Made by a program: the position numbers and the translations under genes. Shown here piece by piece: positions 59,781 to 64,000 of a stretch of 64,000 nt of DNA. Position 1 is the stretch's first letter. Every line of letters begins with the position of its first letter. The notes under the pieces were generated by a model. The model made no database searches and was not told the origin of the DNA. It saw only the letters and a program-made list of their open reading frames with translations. Origin of the DNA: Lama glama (taxonomy: Eukaryota); assembly GCA_028534125.1 (NCBI GenBank), contig CM052825.1, positions 992,001-1,056,000 of the forward strand, read 5' to 3'.

Positions 59781-61049
59781 GCGCAGCTTCCGCTTGGGGT
59801 TGGGGGCTCAGTGGCGAGGACCCCGAGCCTGGCCTTCGGTCCACTTCCCATCCCCTGTGCCCTCAACGCTGTCATTTGCTCTCTGCGCCCCATGCCTCTG
59901 GGATCCTCCCCACCCCACCCTGTGCCAGGACCCTTCCCACCTCTCCAGTTGGCCTGTGAGCCCCAGGGCAGAGACCTGACTCTGGGCAGCGTTATACAGG
60001 CTGGGGGGTAGGGGGACGCGGGGAGCACGGCAGTGTGGGCCAAGGGCTCTCTGAGGCCTCCGGCCTTGGCTTGCTCGGGGAGAAATGGGCTCACAGCCCC
60101 TGTACCTGGGGAATAGTAGGAGCAGGCCCTCGCACCGTCCCTGGCACACCAGAGTGGCCCATCACAAGTCAACCCGATCCTTCCTGAGCCGGAGCTGCTT
60201 GGCCAGAGTGGGCCTGGGGGAACCAGCCAGAAAGAGGAGTGAGTCACCTCTGGCAGGGGCTTGCCTAGGAAAGGATGCACAGGAGCCTTGGGCCCCTCAC
60301 ATGCATTCCCCGCTCAGGGCTGGTGAGGCCAGAGGCTGGAAGGTTGCCTTCTCAGACCTTCCAAGAGAGTCCAGGGTCGCCTCTGGGGGAGGACCAGTTT
60401 CTCCCCAGTCCCAGCCTCAGCTGAAGAGGCCTCTTTGCAGGGAGGAGGGGGCAACCTCTCACCACTTGCTCTGTTCCCTGGTCCCCAGGCCTGGCACATC
60501 TGAGGCTTGTAATATTTATCTGGTGATGACCGAGGGCCTGCCCTTGCCCTGCATGTGGCCGCTGGGACAAGGGTCCAGGTAGGGGCAGCCCAAGGAGAAA
60601 GGTTCAGATGCCCCACGTGGCCCAAATGCCTTCTGTCTGCCTCACCCTGCCCCCTGGAGCTGTGACAGTTTTCAGGACATACTGCCCCGCCAGCACTTGT
60701 CTGTGACCACGGGGGCACACTGGCTTTGGTCCTAGCACCCCCTTTATGGCTCTGCACCCACCCTCAAAGGAGCCCCACCTGACAGGCAGGAGGGAGCCAC
60801 AAAGCCCTAAATTCCTAAATTCCCACCTGGCTGGGGAAGGGCGGCTTGGAGCCCACTCCCCACTTCCTGGCAGACCTTCGGTGCCCAGGTGGTGCTGGGG
60901 GAGGGGGACTTGCCAGTCCCTATGGGAGTCGCTTGTGCTGTGGGCGTTCATTCACATTCGCTCTCCCGTCCCCACACACTATAGGATTTATCTTGATTTG
61001 CTGCCTTTGAATTGAGTCAACTCTTTTGTATGCTCGGTGAATTGCCCAG

Positions 61050-62800
61050 CTGCTGGCGGGGAGCGGAGAGCGTGCCGGGGGTACTGAGGCCGGGAATCAG
61101 AGGCGGGCGGGGGACAGGAAGCGGGGAGGGGGCGCGGGCGCCAGCGGGGATGGGCCAGGCTGCATGGGGACACGAGCGGGCCCTGAGACGCCGGCCAGGC
61201 CGCCCACCCGGGCTGGCCGAGGCACTGCTGGGGCCTGCCCGGCCCGAGCAGGAAGTCCGGAGGGGTCGGGAGGCTCGGTCCTGAGGTCGAGGTTGCCCTT
61301 GGGGCTCTGCTTCGGACGGGCTGTGTGGTGGGGGGCAAGCCTCTGGGCCTCTCTGGACAGTTTCGTCGCCTGTAACTTGCGCAAAGGGGGGCTTCCGCGC
61401 ACGCAGGTTATGAGGGTCAAACTAAGCGGGAAGAGTGTGCGAGAGCCCCCTGGAGTCTTCCCAGAGGTTGGGGTGAGTGGGGGAAGGAAGGGGGCCGGGG
61501 CTAGGGAGAGGGTGCCAGCCCTGTCTGTCCTGCTCCCCGTACCCCCAGTCCTCTGCCGCCGGATCCCTGCCTTTTTTGAGGTGGGCCGAACTGACCGGCT
61601 GACCCGGGTCCTAAGAACGCCTGGGCTTTGCTGAAAGTGGAGGGGGTCTGGGGGGCTCTTCCAGGCCACAGCTGCTGCGCGCTCCCCCACCCGGAGTGCC
61701 GCCCCCGCCCCCACTGGGATGTGGGTGGAAGGGCAGGAGAGGGGCCAGAGGAAACCCTCCTGCGCTTTCTAGTGCCTCCCCCTCCCGCTGCCCTCCCCTT
61801 CCCCCTCCTCTGGGCTGCCGGAGGGAAGGAGCGAGGCGGCGAGGAGGCCAGGCGAGCGGAGGGGTTCTGGAGAGGGGGGTGAGGACGCGAGACTCCAAGC
61901 CGGACTCGAGCCGGGAGGAAGAAGGGGGTGGGAAGGAGAGCGCAGGGCGGGGGGAGCGCGCAGGGGAGGCGCGCGCGATCCAGCCCCCCTGCCCGCGAGG
62001 CGAGGGGCGGGGCGGCGCGCGGATCGATGGGCGAAGCTGGGGAGGAATTTCAATCCCCGGAGCGAAGTTAGAGCTTGAAGGACGGCGGCGGCGGCGGGCG
62101 CAGCCCCGGAACGGCGGCCGGGCGAGCAGGTAAGCGCGGAGCCGGCGGAGCCCGAGTCCAAGCGGGGCCGGGGCCGAGCCTGGGGGCGCGGGAGTCCAGC
62201 CGCTGCCCGGGCTGGCGCGGTGGGCTCCGCACCTCGCGCCCCCGCGCTCTCTCCCTGCGCCCCCGGCCCCTCGGGCGCCCCGTGCCCGCTGCGCCCTCCC
62301 AGCGCAGCGGGCAAAGTTGGAGGAACTTGGCGGCGGCGGCGGAGCGGGCGCTCGGCTCAGCCGGGCTGAGCGAGGTCCTGGGTCGGGGTCCCGCACCCTC
62401 CCCCCGGGTCGCCCCTGCCCCTCGCACAACGACTTCTCTCCGGGACCTGCCCTGTTCCCCAGCACCGCTCTCCCAGCGTCGGTTCCTTTGGCGGTCCGCA
62501 TCCCACCCTCCGCCTGGGGCTGCTACTTCCTGCGGTCGACCCAGCGCGGCCCTTGTCCTTCCCCGAAATCTCTTCAGTCCAGGGTCCCTCACCCCGATCC
62601 GTGCCCGCCTCGTCTGCCCTCCCTCCCGACGTTGCGCGCCTCGCCATTTGGCACCGGGACCGTCCAGCCACACTCGGGGGAGGGGCCGCTTTCCGCGATC
62701 CGGAGCCAAAGCCCCGCGTGGGGGCGGGGCCTTCGCTCTGAACCTGGCCGATTTTCTCCACCCCTCCCCCACGTCGGACCCGTTCTCCTCGTCATCCCTT
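61050..62800. promoter_or_regulatory. CpG island / proximal promoter
   Basis: Dense CpG, GC box GGGGCGGGG at 62004-62012, purine-rich GGA tract upstream. Confidence 0.9.
62045..62129 (+). other. Putative first exon 1b (non-coding); start approximate
   Basis: Near-consensus donor CAG|GTAAGC (GT at 62130-62131) about 120 nt downstream of a GC box. Confidence 0.65.
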
Positions 62801-62977
62801 GGGGGAGGGGTGCTGAGTCTCGCTGCCCCAACCTGCCTCTGAAGACAGGGGTCCCCCTTCCAGCCTGTAAAATCCGCAGGTCACCTGCTTGCTTCTCAGG
62901 GTGGGGCCCCCTGCAGGTGTTTCCCCCACCAACGCAGACCGACAGCCTCTGGCGTCAAAACCAGACTCTTCCAGGTA

Positions 62978-63085
62978 TCAGCTGTGTGACCTTGGGGCAG
63001 GTAACTTCTCAGAGCCTCAGTTTCCACATCTGTGAAGTGAGGGTACAATGATGTGTGCTTTACGGAAGGCACACCGCCGGGCCCT
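62978..63085 (+). mobile_element. MIR SINE fragment
   Basis: 'cagctgtgtgaccttggggcaggtaacttctcagagcctcagtttccacatctgtgaagtgagggtacaatg'. Confidence 0.85.
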
Positions 63086-64000
63086 GGGAGGCCGCCTCTT
63101 CAGGCTTGGTGGGGGGGAGTCAGGGCAGGTTTGCACCCTCTGGCAGAGCCTCAGGTGTGAGCATTTTCTCTTCCCACGTGTGCAGCGTGGAGCCGTCGCT
63201 TGGATGCAGCTGAATCTGCCTGTCATCACCTGTCCTGGGCCAGGGACTGTGCTGAAAGCATTCACCACATCTTAAGACCCTAGGTGCCCTGGGTAGGAGC
63301 TCGCGAAGCCTGCGGAGCAAGGGGAGATAGAAAGGCACCCTCCTCCACCCTGCTCTCCCTCAGGGGCCGGCTCTGATGAGGCCCCGGAAGAAAGGAGCAG
63401 AGGGGGCTTATGTTGCTTTGAAGCCGCAAATGCTCTCAACTTCCCGGCCCAGCCAGCCCTGGCCTCCTGCGCCCTCGCACCTTTCACCTGATTGAGCGTT
63501 GAGCGTCGCGGAGACACACAGACTCCATCTCAGGTTTGTGTCCCACTTCATCAGAAGAGGAGACACACCCAGACATAGAGGGACCAATTCCAGATGGCCC
63601 GTGCGACAGAGGGGAGCGCCTACCTTCTCTCTGGTTTGTGGGGGTTGGGGCCAAGCCAGGACCCCAGCACTTTGGTACCTCACTTTCCTGGGCATGCAGT
63701 GAGGGGGAGCTGAACACCCCCTGGTGGGCAGAAGACTGTTGGGTCTGTGGGTCTGGAAGGTTGGGATTCAGGCCCTCTCCCCAGCAGCTGTGCGGCCTGG
63801 GGGTGGTGTGGGCTATGGTGGGTGGCTTGCTGCCTGCAAGTCCTTGGGGAAGATATGGCAAGCCAAGGGCCGGCAGTTCCCGGCCAGAAAAGCCGGGATA
63901 GGCACCTTATCCCAAGGCCTGGCAAACCTGTGGGGGGGAGGAGTTGGCAAGGGATGTGGTGAGCACCTTCCCCACCGTCCCCCATGGGACTCCCTCTGGG

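Noticed and set aside
56034-63051. Many 200-335 aa ORFs over the CpG islands
   Set aside because: Overlapping on both strands and Pro/Arg/Gly/Ala-rich, which is typical CpG-island noise.
1-64000. CRISPR array, operon, prophage or other novel multi-gene system
   Set aside because: No regularly spaced repeat-spacer structure and no gene-dense coding region. The content is accounted for by mammalian repeats, CpG islands and intergenic DNA.

Overview
This is mammalian, very GC-rich, essentially non-coding DNA, not a microbial locus. Four copies of a tRNA-derived SINE matching the camelid vic-1 family point to a camel/llama/alpaca genome. About 56 kb is intergenic: old interspersed repeats (L1M fragments, MLT1/MaLR LTRs, MIR, L2, a MER102-like hAT relic), simple repeats, two assembly gaps, and several short AT-rich, apparently repeat-free, motif-dense blocks that look like enhancers. 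The last 8 kb holds a CpG-island complex with two + strand splice donors (after 57978 and after 62129). These look like two alternative first exons of a gene whose body lies beyond the window. I cannot identify the gene from sequence; ELFN1 is an unverified guess from architecture. I found no credible protein-coding exon: the ORF track is explained by high GC content, low complexity and N-runs. I found no new biological system. The best leads are a CRX/NRL-type composite motif cluster (40.8-41.05 kb), two in-phase POU-type palindromes (45.0 kb), an inverted SINE pair, patchy AT-to-GC erosion of repeat relics suggesting GC-biased gene conversion, and a twin-primed L1 insertion. All repeat family calls come from recognition of remembered consensus sequences, not from a database search.
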